In this document: positions 53,758 through 61,400 of the stretch, piece by piece
Position numbering within the stretch: position 1 is the first letter of the stretch
How the letters are laid out: every line of letters starts with the position of its first letter
Source of the DNA: Candidatus Saccharimonadales bacterium
Lineage (GTDB): Bacteria > Patescibacteriota > Saccharimonadia > Saccharimonadales > JACQNP01
Direction of reading: 5' to 3'
Length of the DNA stretch: 61,400 nucleotides
NCBI GenBank assembly: GCA_041742395.1
Contig: JBGSIS010000024.1
Coordinates: forward strand, 1-61,400
Program-made: the position numbers and the translations under genes
The notes under the pieces: generated by a model
What the model was told of the DNA's origin: nothing
The model's input: only the letters and a program-made list of their open reading frames with translations
Database searches by the model: none

Positions 53758-54567
53758 ATGAATGATGAAAAACTTGAAAAAGCTTTGCAGGTAGCAATTG
53801 ACGCCTCCAAGGAAGCTGGAACTAAGCTAAAGAAGCACTACGGTAGGGTTGAATCAGAGGCTAAAAGTGATAGTGGTAATCATGCTGGTGATGTAGTAAC
53901 TCAGTTAGACAGATTGACCGAAAGTTTCTTGTCCAAACAATTTAAGAAATTTGATCCAAAGATTGGTTTTAGGGGAGAGGAGTTTGGTGTCGAAAACCAT
54001 GCAGATACCACTTGGTTGGTAGATCCTATTGATGGAACTAGTCACTTTGTTCGAGGAATTCCATTTTGTACTACAATGATTGCCCTTGTTCAGAATGGTG
54101 AAGTTGTGATGTCGGTAATAAATGACTTCATTAGAGATGAAGTTTATTGGGCAATAAAAGGTAAAGGATCTTATAAAGACGGAGCTAGAATATATGTCAG
54201 TGACAGATCACTTAAACAGGCTGTTTTATCTTTCGAGACAAGACTAGAGAACCTTGAGAATATGGAAACATACTTGAATGTAAGGGAGTTAGCAGGGGGT
54301 ATTGTTAGTACTGTAAACTGTGGCTTTGAATTTTCATTGATTGCATCCGGCAAATTGGATGCGAGAATTACCAAAGACCCTTATGGTTTCGACTGGGACT
54401 ATGCTCCAGGAACGTTGCTAGTAGAAGAAGCTGGGGGTATTGTCAGAAATCACGGAAGTGATAACTACGACTTTACCAATCATGAATTTATTGCGGCAAA
54501 CCCAGTTATTTTTGCCGAGTTAACAGAAGGTCGAGATGCAATATTTCCTAAGAGTGGTCAAAAATGA
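53758..54567 (+). CDS. inositol monophosphatase family protein
   Basis: FRGEEFG and WLVDPIDGTSHFVRG motifs, and WDYAPG. The start is taken at the ATG at 53758, just downstream of GATAAT (53743-53748). The track ORF from 53584 is an upstream extension. Confidence 0.85.
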   Translation: MNDEKLEKALQVAIDASKEAGTKLKKHYGRVESEAKSDSGNHAGDVVTQLDRLTESFLSKQFKKFDPKIGFRGEEFGVENHADTTWLVDPIDGTSHFVRGIPFCTTMIALVQNGEVVMSVINDFIRDEVYWAIKGKGSYKDGARIYVSDRSLKQAVLSFETRLENLENMETYLNVRELAGGIVSTVNCGFEFSLIASGKLDARITKDPYGFDWDYAPGTLLVEEAGGIVRNHGSDNYDFTNHEFIAANPVIFAELTEGRDAIFPKSGQK

Positions 54568-55037
54568 GAACCATAAACAGAGAAATAGTCGGTGCATTAC
54601 TTATTTCAAAAGACAACAAGATATTGCTGGGAAAAACCGCAGAAACTGCCGGTGGAGTATACTCGGGTAGCTGGGTTATTCCTGGTGGGGGAGTAGACGA
54701 CGGAGAAACTAGGGAGCAGGCAGTAATTCGCGAAGTTTCAGAAGAAACACATTTCGATATTTCAGGATTAAAACTTGAGCTAATTGATGATACGGCAACT
54801 GGAGAAAGTGAAAAAACACTTAAAACATCGGGCGAACGAGTTTTGGTAAAAATGAATTTCCATGAGTTTAAAATAGTTTTCGATAAGACTGCTATAGAAT
54901 TACGCGAAAATCCTTCAGAAGAGTTAGTTGAGTTAAAGTGGTTTACTCCAGAAGAGCTTGAAACCGTTAAACTGTCTAAGCCAACTAGGGAGTTGCTTGT
55001 TAAAGTTGGCATTTTTGCAGACTATTCTGGTATATAG
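54564..55037 (+). CDS. NUDIX hydrolase
   Basis: Nudix box GGGVDDGETREQAVIREVSEETH. ATGA overlap with the IMPase gene. Confidence 0.8.
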   Translation: MRTINREIVGALLISKDNKILLGKTAETAGGVYSGSWVIPGGGVDDGETREQAVIREVSEETHFDISGLKLELIDDTATGESEKTLKTSGERVLVKMNFHEFKIVFDKTAIELRENPSEELVELKWFTPEELETVKLSKPTRELLVKVGIFADYSGI

Positions 55038-55130
55038 AAAATAAGAAATAAGACTCATCTAGCATTAAATTATGAATAGTTATTGTGCTTATAAATATTT
55101 AAAGATATAGTTTTATATAAGAGAACTATA

Positions 55131-56315
55131 ATGAAAAAAATGTCAGGCAATATAATCTCAACAAGAAAATTCATAAAAGTTAATAAATTATATTTTTTAT
55201 TTGTTTTTGCAGTAGCGGGGTCTCTTTTAATAATTTTATCTAATGCGGCATCTCCATTTTCTTCAGCAGAGGCAGAAAACGCCGTTCTAAGTGGAACAGT
55301 TCAAAAAGTAACTGATGTTAGCTCATCAAATGGGCAGGCGTTACAGTTCGGCACAATAGGCTCCCCTGTAGGTGCAAAAAAAATAATAAGTAGGTCAGAT
55401 GTTGGGCCTCAATCTTCTACAAACGGCCATTCACCAGTAACCGTATTTAAAACGTGGCCATATGGAGGTTCAATCGAAGAAACACATTTACCTCGAACAA
55501 ATGGCTATATGGTAATTGATGGTTATCAGTTTAATGGCCCTATAAAACTTAATACTGGAAACGTTATAATTAAAAACTCTTACTTTGCACCTGGAACTCA
55601 AACCGGGACAAGTAGTACCGCTTCAGATGGCTCTCTAAAATGCTATGGAAATAATGGGATGTTGTTTAATGGCTATTCTTCACCTCCTGGTGAAGTTATT
55701 CTCGAGTATGTACATATTAATATGGGTCCGACTGGGTGGACAAATGGCGGAATAAATCTAAGTGGTAAAGTTACTGTTAGAAATAATTATGTTGAAGGTA
55801 CTTCTGATGGAGCGAAAGTCGGTAGTAATAGTTTGTATGAGAACAATTACTTTCAGTCTACTGGATCTGGCACGGAGTGCGCGCCTGGCCACATAGATGG
55901 CCTTCAGGCAGACTATGACAAAGTTAATTATGTTATCAGGAATAACGTTATAATTGCTGGCGCTGGCGTAACGAGACAGCAACTCTATGGCAATATCTGT
56001 GTTTGGGGTGCGGTCTCCGCATGGAGAGGTGCACCTCTTCGTAACTCTGGGGGCTTAGTAGAGAACAACTATTGTGACGGTTTTGGCACTGGCATATCAA
56101 TGCAGGGAACGGATGCCAATAGCCCCCACATAGTAAGGAATAACTATTTCGGGACCGACTACAGGTATAATGGAGTATATCGCATTAGAACCTGGGGAGA
56201 ATTTCCTCATACATCAGTAGAAAACAACAATAAATCAAACTACGATTACAATCCGCTAACTGGAGAGGTCAAGCCAGCAACTCAAAATTTGCTATCCAAA
56301 TTCTCTTGGGAATAA
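55131..56315 (+). CDS. secreted right-handed beta-helix (pectin-lyase-fold-like) protein
   Basis: Signal/anchor LYFLFVFAVAGSLLIILSNA. Periodic N-rich turns (IKNSYF, VRNNYV, ENNYF, IRNNVI, ENNYC, VRNNYF). Confidence 0.55.
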   Translation: MKKMSGNIISTRKFIKVNKLYFLFVFAVAGSLLIILSNAASPFSSAEAENAVLSGTVQKVTDVSSSNGQALQFGTIGSPVGAKKIISRSDVGPQSSTNGHSPVTVFKTWPYGGSIEETHLPRTNGYMVIDGYQFNGPIKLNTGNVIIKNSYFAPGTQTGTSSTASDGSLKCYGNNGMLFNGYSSPPGEVILEYVHINMGPTGWTNGGINLSGKVTVRNNYVEGTSDGAKVGSNSLYENNYFQSTGSGTECAPGHIDGLQADYDKVNYVIRNNVIIAGAGVTRQQLYGNICVWGAVSAWRGAPLRNSGGLVENNYCDGFGTGISMQGTDANSPHIVRNNYFGTDYRYNGVYRIRTWGEFPHTSVENNNKSNYDYNPLTGEVKPATQNLLSKFSWE

Positions 56316-56335
56316 GAACTCTAGCATTGTCTATA

Positions 56336-56364
56336 TTGACAAAAACAACTATTCTTGCTATAAT
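56336..56364 (+). promoter_or_regulatory. consensus sigma-70 promoter (TTGACA-17-TATAAT, extended TGc)
   Basis: TTGACA 56336-56341, TATAAT 56359-56364. A ~50-nt A-rich leader runs to the ATG at 56414. Confidence 0.6.
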
Positions 56365-56413
56365 GTATTCATTAAGTAATTAAAAAACAAAAAAAACAAC
56401 GAAAGAAGATAAT

Positions 56414-57460
56414 ATGCCATCAACTAATAGCGAACTACCACAAGATCCACAAATAATAGATACAACAGCAACTGTAAAGCCAGATGCTGGAGTTATTGAA
56501 GATTTTCAAGCTGGAACACCTATAAGTGGGGAAACTATAGAAAATGATTCAGCAGCCATTGAATCACCAGATCTTGATGACCCCAATCTAAGAGTTGTTC
56601 GTCCTCCACGACCCGAAGCAAATTCAAGAAAAATGGGTCCTAGGGGTTGGTTAGCGGCGGTTGTTGGTGGTGCAGTTCTAGCTGGAGGAGTTGCGGCTGG
56701 GGCAAATGCACTATCAAGTAACAATGATTCTGAGCCAATAAATAATGGCGATAAAAAAGAGCAAGTAGATAAAGTCACTACTATTACAGAAATGCCCATT
56801 TCTCCGACAACAGATGTAGAGGTTGACGGAGTTGATCCAAACTCTCCCGTAACTTCAATCAACGATAATTTACCCACGCCGACTACTACAGAACAAAGCG
56901 TGGATGATCCAGTTGTTGATGTTACTCCTTCACAAGGTGATAGTCCTAACATGATGGAAAGAACTCCTGGACCGGGCGAAGTTTCAACACCTATATCTAA
57001 CGAACAAGTTGATAGTTCTGAAACGTATGAAGGCCAGACGTCTGTAAGGGATGCTGTAATGTTAGTAGATTATATGATAGGCAATCAGGCTTTAACCGGT
57101 GTAAGTCCAACAATAGAGATTGGTCCTAACGGCACGGGAACTCTAACATTTAGCAGCCCAAAATATTCAATCTCTGCTTACGCAAATTTTGATGCGAAAA
57201 ACGGTACACTATTGCTAGATCAGCCAACTAGTTACACTAGAGGAATAAAAAGTATAGAAGTGACATATAATGGGCAAATTGTTAGAATAAAGTCCGACGA
57301 TTTTAACGAAATACCGTCATTATACGTCTTTTCCGAAGGCAAAAATGTCACTACTAATCCGATTGAATTCGAGGGATCGGATAATGACCCTAAATTAGCA
57401 TCTAGACTCGCTCGTGATATTATCGATGGTGTTAATAGAGAAGCTAGAGATACGAAATAG
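56414..57460 (+). CDS. membrane-anchored surface protein with Pro/Thr/Asp-rich linker
   Basis: TM GWLAAVVGGAVLAGGVAAGANAL, a low-complexity linker, then a C-terminal globular region. No family recognised. Confidence 0.55.
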   Translation: MPSTNSELPQDPQIIDTTATVKPDAGVIEDFQAGTPISGETIENDSAAIESPDLDDPNLRVVRPPRPEANSRKMGPRGWLAAVVGGAVLAGGVAAGANALSSNNDSEPINNGDKKEQVDKVTTITEMPISPTTDVEVDGVDPNSPVTSINDNLPTPTTTEQSVDDPVVDVTPSQGDSPNMMERTPGPGEVSTPISNEQVDSSETYEGQTSVRDAVMLVDYMIGNQALTGVSPTIEIGPNGTGTLTFSSPKYSISAYANFDAKNGTLLLDQPTSYTRGIKSIEVTYNGQIVRIKSDDFNEIPSLYVFSEGKNVTTNPIEFEGSDNDPKLASRLARDIIDGVNREARDTK

Positions 57461-57519
57461 ATACTTAAACTCAGACAGCCAGTTTACATTACTTACATTA
57501 GGTAATAGAATTAGATTAG

Positions 57520-57822
57520 ATGAAAGCAGTTTGGAATAATCAAGTAATAGCAGAAGCTGATAAAGCAGATTTAATTTATATAGAAGGCAATTGGTATTTT
57601 CCTCCATCAGCAATAAACAAAGAATTTTATAAATCTAGCGTTACACATACAACGTGTTTTTGGAAAGGCGAGGCAAGTTACTACAATGTAGAAATAGATG
57701 GTCAGACCAATGAGGACGCAGCTTGGTATTATCCCGAACCTAAAGAAGGTTCGACAGAAAAGGTAGGAAAAAACTTCAAGGATTATGTCGCTTTTTGGCG
57801 AGGCATACAGGTTAGTGAGTAA
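57520..57822 (+). CDS. DUF427 domain protein (chromosomal copy)
   Basis: MKAVWNNQVIAEADKADLIYIEGNWYFPPSAI...CFWKGEASYYN. Confidence 0.8.
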   Translation: MKAVWNNQVIAEADKADLIYIEGNWYFPPSAINKEFYKSSVTHTTCFWKGEASYYNVEIDGQTNEDAAWYYPEPKEGSTEKVGKNFKDYVAFWRGIQVSE

Positions 57823-58402
57823 TTTATTTATACCAATTTTAGTAGGCACTAAAAGAGAACAGAGGTTGAGTATAAATGCGGCTCGATTAGTCGCTGAAGT
57901 AGGAAATTCAATCGATGGAGTTGAGACTATATTGGTAGATCCTAAGGACTTTAATTTTGCTGGCGATGGTAATGACCCCGAGGGAAAAGACCCGAAATAT
58001 ACAGAAATTGTTCAACGCGCTGACGCATTCTTCATCGTTACTCCAGAATATAATCATAGTTTTCCAGGAACTCTAAAAAGAATGTTAGATAGCGAATTGC
58101 GTTTATATATTCATAAACCAGTGGCTTTGGCTGGTGTATCTAACGGTCAGTGGGGAGGAGTTAGGGTAATTGAATCGCTGCTTTCGCCACTCAGAACAAT
58201 GGGACTAACGACGACTTTTACAGATATGCAGTTTCCTAAAGTAGAGGAAGTATTTGATGAGCAAGGGAACTTATTAAAACCAGAGTACCGCGAATTTATA
58301 TTAAAATCTTACGAAGAGCTAATCTGGATGGCGAAGGTAATGAAATATGGCCGCGAAAATATTGATAGCAAATATCACCAACCAGACGCTTCTATAGTTT
58401 AG
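57815..58402 (+). CDS. NADPH-dependent FMN reductase family protein
   Basis: FIVTPEYNHSFPGTLKRMLD signature. The GTG at 57815 gives MSNLFIPILVGTKREQRLS (an I.GS.R..S.N-like N-terminus) and an 8-nt overlap with the DUF427 gene. The track ORF opens at the ATG at 57785. Confidence 0.75.
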   Translation: MSNLFIPILVGTKREQRLSINAARLVAEVGNSIDGVETILVDPKDFNFAGDGNDPEGKDPKYTEIVQRADAFFIVTPEYNHSFPGTLKRMLDSELRLYIHKPVALAGVSNGQWGGVRVIESLLSPLRTMGLTTTFTDMQFPKVEEVFDEQGNLLKPEYREFILKSYEELIWMAKVMKYGRENIDSKYHQPDASIV

Positions 58403-58407
58403 AGACA

Positions 58408-58436
58408 TTGACAAATAACTAAAAATTTGCTATAAT
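58408..58436 (+). promoter_or_regulatory. consensus sigma-70 promoter (TTGACA-17-TATAAT, extended TGc)
   Basis: TTGACA 58408-58413, TATAAT 58431-58436. ATG at 58463. Confidence 0.6.
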
Positions 58437-58462
58437 GTGTTTGTAAAATTAAAAACAAAAAT

Positions 58463-59227
58463 ATGATACAAATAGAAAATAATAGTCAAAACACGACACC
58501 GGAATTCGATCCAAACGAGGAGAGTCTATTGCCAATTGCATTGGCTTCATTAAGAAATTATGTCGAAACTAACACCTTAAAGAATGAACTTCATGAAGCT
58601 ATTGAAGCAATGGAAGCTATGAAACTAGAACTTTATGAAGAAAGAGAAAAAACAAATCTAGAAAGAGAAAAAGGAAGAAGAGATATTTTAACAGGATTAT
58701 TTAATCAAGGTGCTTTTGAAGAAAAATACCAATCCATATTTGAAAACATTGAAGATAACCAAGTTATGTTTATGTATTTTGATTTAGATAAGTTTAAGCA
58801 ACTGAATGATACACACGGTCATGATGAGGGCGATAAGGCACTAAAATTATTTTCAGAAATTATGATAGGAGTTCTTGATGACGTTGTAAGAAAAGATGAT
58901 GTATTTGCCGCACGTAAAGGTGGAGATGAATTCGCTGTTATTATTGAGCCTGAAGCTAAAAAGAATGACGAAAATATTGATGGAAGAAGAAATCATGTAG
59001 ACATGAATGCTATGAAAAGCCGTATACAGACAGAATTAGTTAGAAGAACAATAGACACAAAAATGCAAGGATTAGGCGTTAGTATAGGTTTTGCTAGTTT
59101 TAGGGAAGAAGGATTTGAAGAAGAAACACCATTAGAATTCAGAAAACGGGTAGATAGTAGACTTTATCATGATAAAGAAACCAAAGACTCACGAAATAAA
59201 CAAATTCTTGAATTGGTTAAAGATTAA
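58463..59227 (+). CDS. GGDEF-domain diguanylate cyclase
   Basis: MYFDLDKFKQLNDTHGHDEGDKAL and RKGGDEFAVII. RKDD lies upstream of GGDEF (I-site-like). Coiled-coil N-terminus, with no obvious sensor domain. Confidence 0.8.
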   Translation: MIQIENNSQNTTPEFDPNEESLLPIALASLRNYVETNTLKNELHEAIEAMEAMKLELYEEREKTNLEREKGRRDILTGLFNQGAFEEKYQSIFENIEDNQVMFMYFDLDKFKQLNDTHGHDEGDKALKLFSEIMIGVLDDVVRKDDVFAARKGGDEFAVIIEPEAKKNDENIDGRRNHVDMNAMKSRIQTELVRRTIDTKMQGLGVSIGFASFREEGFEEETPLEFRKRVDSRLYHDKETKDSRNKQILELVKD

Positions 59228-59275
59228 ATTAATTGCCATTAATTAAGCTTAAGCATAAAATATAGATTAATAACT

Positions 59276-59851
59276 ATGAAAAGTAAAAGCCCCCAACAGG
59301 ATAATCATAAAAACAGTATAAAAGCAGTTTCTAAAACTGTAGATATTATTGAAGACAAAAATAACTCGATTAAAACAATGTATTCAATAAAAATAGTAAT
59401 GCTGGTATCTGTATTGTTGTTAGTTTTTGCAGTAGGATCTTTTTGTACATATAATTATTTTAATTCATCTAGAGTAGACAATATTGATATGGTTTGTGCT
59501 CAAGACGAAGAACTTATTCGCAGCTCAGCTGGTGCAATTGCAAAGAGTAGCAAGGATGAGTTAAAGCAATATGTTGATGTAGTAAAATCTTTAAAAGGTA
59601 ACGAAACAGATCAAAATTGTCTGTATATTTATTTGAACTATTTTTTACTAGAAGGCGATTTAAATAATTCAAAAATAGAATATGATAATTTTATAGCAAT
59701 TTATAAAACTGAAAATGATAAATTTAATGAGTTCGGGTTAAGGGTTACGACTAACAAACAGTTAGAAAGTAATGTAAAATTTTTAAGTAAATTCGATAAT
59801 GAATTAGTAGAGAATGCACGTATAAGAGGACAAAATGTTGGTAACCAGTAA
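59276..59851 (+). CDS. hypothetical membrane-anchored protein
   Basis: TM IKIVMLVSVLLLVFAVGSFC. 191 aa. No family recognised. Confidence 0.5.
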   Translation: MKSKSPQQDNHKNSIKAVSKTVDIIEDKNNSIKTMYSIKIVMLVSVLLLVFAVGSFCTYNYFNSSRVDNIDMVCAQDEELIRSSAGAIAKSSKDELKQYVDVVKSLKGNETDQNCLYIYLNYFLLEGDLNNSKIEYDNFIAIYKTENDKFNEFGLRVTTNKQLESNVKFLSKFDNELVENARIRGQNVGNQ

Positions 59852-61400
59852 AAAGTATAATGTGAATATTAAAACTAAATTAATTTTAATTTTTTACTTT
59901 TTAATAACCTTTTTTTTATTAATTACTCTAACATCGAAAAAATCTGAGGCTGTTACTTCATTTGAAAACGGAAGTAGTTATCCCTGGGCTGTTAGAAACC
60001 AATTAGAATTTTTTTGTAGGGGTTCTATTGACATCAGTAATCCCACGGCACATCCAATTACTCAACCTTCTGCAGAAACAAATTGGCTATCCATTGCAGG
60101 TAATCCTGGTCAATTGACCGCTAATGTCCAAAGAGGAGATCCATTGTCAATAGACTTGAATGTAGTAACTTCAAGATGTAGCCCAACTCAAAACACAGGT
60201 ATTTTTTGGAACTATTGGAAACCTTTTAGTGGCGCATACAACGTTGTTGATGATTCGGGTAGTACATTAGCGTCTAATGTTAATATACCTACACTTTCAC
60301 CCTCGAACCCTATTACTACGACTCCCCCAAACGTATTTACGGCAAAATTTGGTAGAGATAATTGGAGATTTCCAGTAAATACAAATTTATTTCCTGCTTC
60401 TGGTGGGACTATAACATTAGAAATTAGCGCTGTGACAAAACAGTATGCACACAGAGATTCTTGGTTTAATTTTGTTTGTATTATGGGATCCCCTCAGACT
60501 GTTATGAGTACCCATCCGGATTATACTGTAGCTCCCAACACAGATATTGACAATATATGTCCAGATGTAACTGTTAATTTGAGTATTATTATAAATGTTT
60601 TACCTCAAGATGAAGAACCTGAGCTGACATTAAATGCAATAGCCGACTGTACAGCAGGCGACATTGTTATTTCAGGAAAAGCAACTGATTCGCAGGGAAC
60701 TCCTGTTGTTGAGGTGCGTATTAGGAACAACGATAATAATGGTTGGATACTATTGCCTAACCCAATTCCAGATGTAAATGGTGATTTTAGCGTTACCGTT
60801 TCAGATTCATATAAAGACGCTCACACAAGATCTGTTTTAGTGACAGTTAAAAATAACTCTAGTGGTTCAGCAGGAGGCGCAAGTGACATCGATGAATATA
60901 CAGGAATCCCTAGATGTATCGTGCCTGAATGTAATATAGGTACAAATCCATCTCCACCAGAAGCTGGAATTGCTTTTACTCCTGTACTTAATTGGACATA
61001 TGATGGAGTTGGTACTTTAGGTAGGCCAGTTAATCCTAATGGAAGAATTTCTTCAGCAGTTCCAGCAATCGGTAATAGAGGACCAGTAACAATTCCTCCA
61101 ACTACTCTTCTCTCAGGCGGAACGCATTCTTTCGGCCCCCCAGTATCATTAATAACAGCGGGAACGTACACTATTAATGGGAATATTCAATACAATGACG
61201 CTATTTTACCTGGGTTGGTTTATACAAATAACTGCACTGACAATATAAACATTTCCACTAGACCCTACTTCAAAATATACGGCAACGATGCTGCAGCAGG
61301 TAGTACCTTCGCTAGCGGAAATACATGTTCTACTCCTCCCAGAAATGATGCGACATTCATAGGTTTTAATGAAGGTTTGGCTACCGTACCTAATGGTACT
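59835..61400 (+). CDS. large secreted protein, 3-prime partial (runs off the window)
   Basis: Hand-read open frame from the ATG at 59835 (MLVTSKKYNVNIKTKLILIFYFLITFFLLITLTSKKSEA...) with no stop through 61400 (522 codons). Absent from the ORF track, presumably because it has no stop. Signal peptide plus a Cys-containing, Asn/Thr/Pro-rich extracellular sequence. Confidence 0.6.
   Translation, partial: MLVTSKKYNVNIKTKLILIFYFLITFFLLITLTSKKSEAVTSFENGSSYPWAVRNQLEFFCRGSIDISNPTAHPITQPSAETNWLSIAGNPGQLTANVQRGDPLSIDLNVVTSRCSPTQNTGIFWNYWKPFSGAYNVVDDSGSTLASNVNIPTLSPSNPITTTPPNVFTAKFGRDNWRFPVNTNLFPASGGTITLEISAVTKQYAHRDSWFNFVCIMGSPQTVMSTHPDYTVAPNTDIDNICPDVTVNLSIIINVLPQDEEPELTLNAIADCTAGDIVISGKATDSQGTPVVEVRIRNNDNNGWILLPNPIPDVNGDFSVTVSDSYKDAHTRSVLVTVKNNSSGSAGGASDIDEYTGIPRCIVPECNIGTNPSPPEAGIAFTPVLNWTYDGVGTLGRPVNPNGRISSAVPAIGNRGPVTIPPTTLLSGGTHSFGPPVSLITAGTYTINGNIQYNDAILPGLVYTNNCTDNINISTRPYFKIYGNDAAAGSTFASGNTCSTPPRNDATFIGFNEGLATVPNGT

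Noticed and set aside
128-61171. Numerous 60-150-aa ORFs in the track lie antisense to, or frame-shifted inside, long well-supported genes. Examples: 128..394, 749..1039, 1401..1583, 2821..3057, 4355..4750, 5450..5647, 11038..11286, 12305..13101, 13645..14007, 23439..23786, 24477..25133, 25559..25825, 26962..27195, 27994..28242, 29232..29588, 32677..32922, 34043..34318, 37650..37871, 38312..38527, 40612..40997, 44292..44783, 48431..48990, 49389..49604, 51926..52210, 54171..54374, 54548..55012, 56506..56952, 57395..57849, 60821..61171.
   Set aside because: Each is fully nested in a gene that has clear family motifs on the other strand or frame. They have low-complexity, Ser/Leu/Ile-rich translations typical of shadow ORFs, and no start-site signals.
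1-61400. An alternative genetic code (UGA recoding, as in some CPR lineages).
   Set aside because: TGA terminates well-supported genes at their expected lengths (for example crtI at 6414-6416 and the FAD reductase at 49722-49724). Long genes are uninterrupted under the standard code.

Overview
Low-GC bacterial chromosome segment with compact housekeeping genes: dnaG-rpoD, polA, fpg, holA, rpsT, truB-rpsO-pnp, RNase J, ftsK, rpsF-ssb-rpsR, efp, tlyA, ychF. The genetic code is standard (TGA is used as a stop). Many genes appear to be leaderless. Gene content and gene sizes resemble a reduced Patescibacteria/CPR-like (Saccharibacteria-like) genome, but that is inference only. Accessory content has three parts. 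(1) A crtI-crtB-lycopene cyclase cluster with a polyprenyl synthase nearby. (2) An island of about 16 kb (approx 37.68-53.6 kb), visibly higher in GC, inserted between ychF and an inositol-monophosphatase gene. It carries a large serine recombinase with an excisionase-type HTH, a zinc-finger/Toprim/P-loop replication protein, and a thiol-disulfide/flavin redox gene set (2x DsbA-like, a CxxC membrane protein, ArsR, a glutaredoxin-like protein, 2x DUF427, an atypical FAD disulfide reductase, a flavodoxin-like reductase). At its distal end is an uncharacterised three-gene cassette whose products carry one PD-(D/E)xK motif and two HEPN-like Rx4H motifs. This cassette is my best candidate for a novel defence or abortive-infection system. 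(3) A downstream cluster of secreted/surface proteins and a lone GGDEF cyclase. I saw no rRNA, tRNA or CRISPR array. All calls rest on motif recognition by eye; no searches or computations were run.
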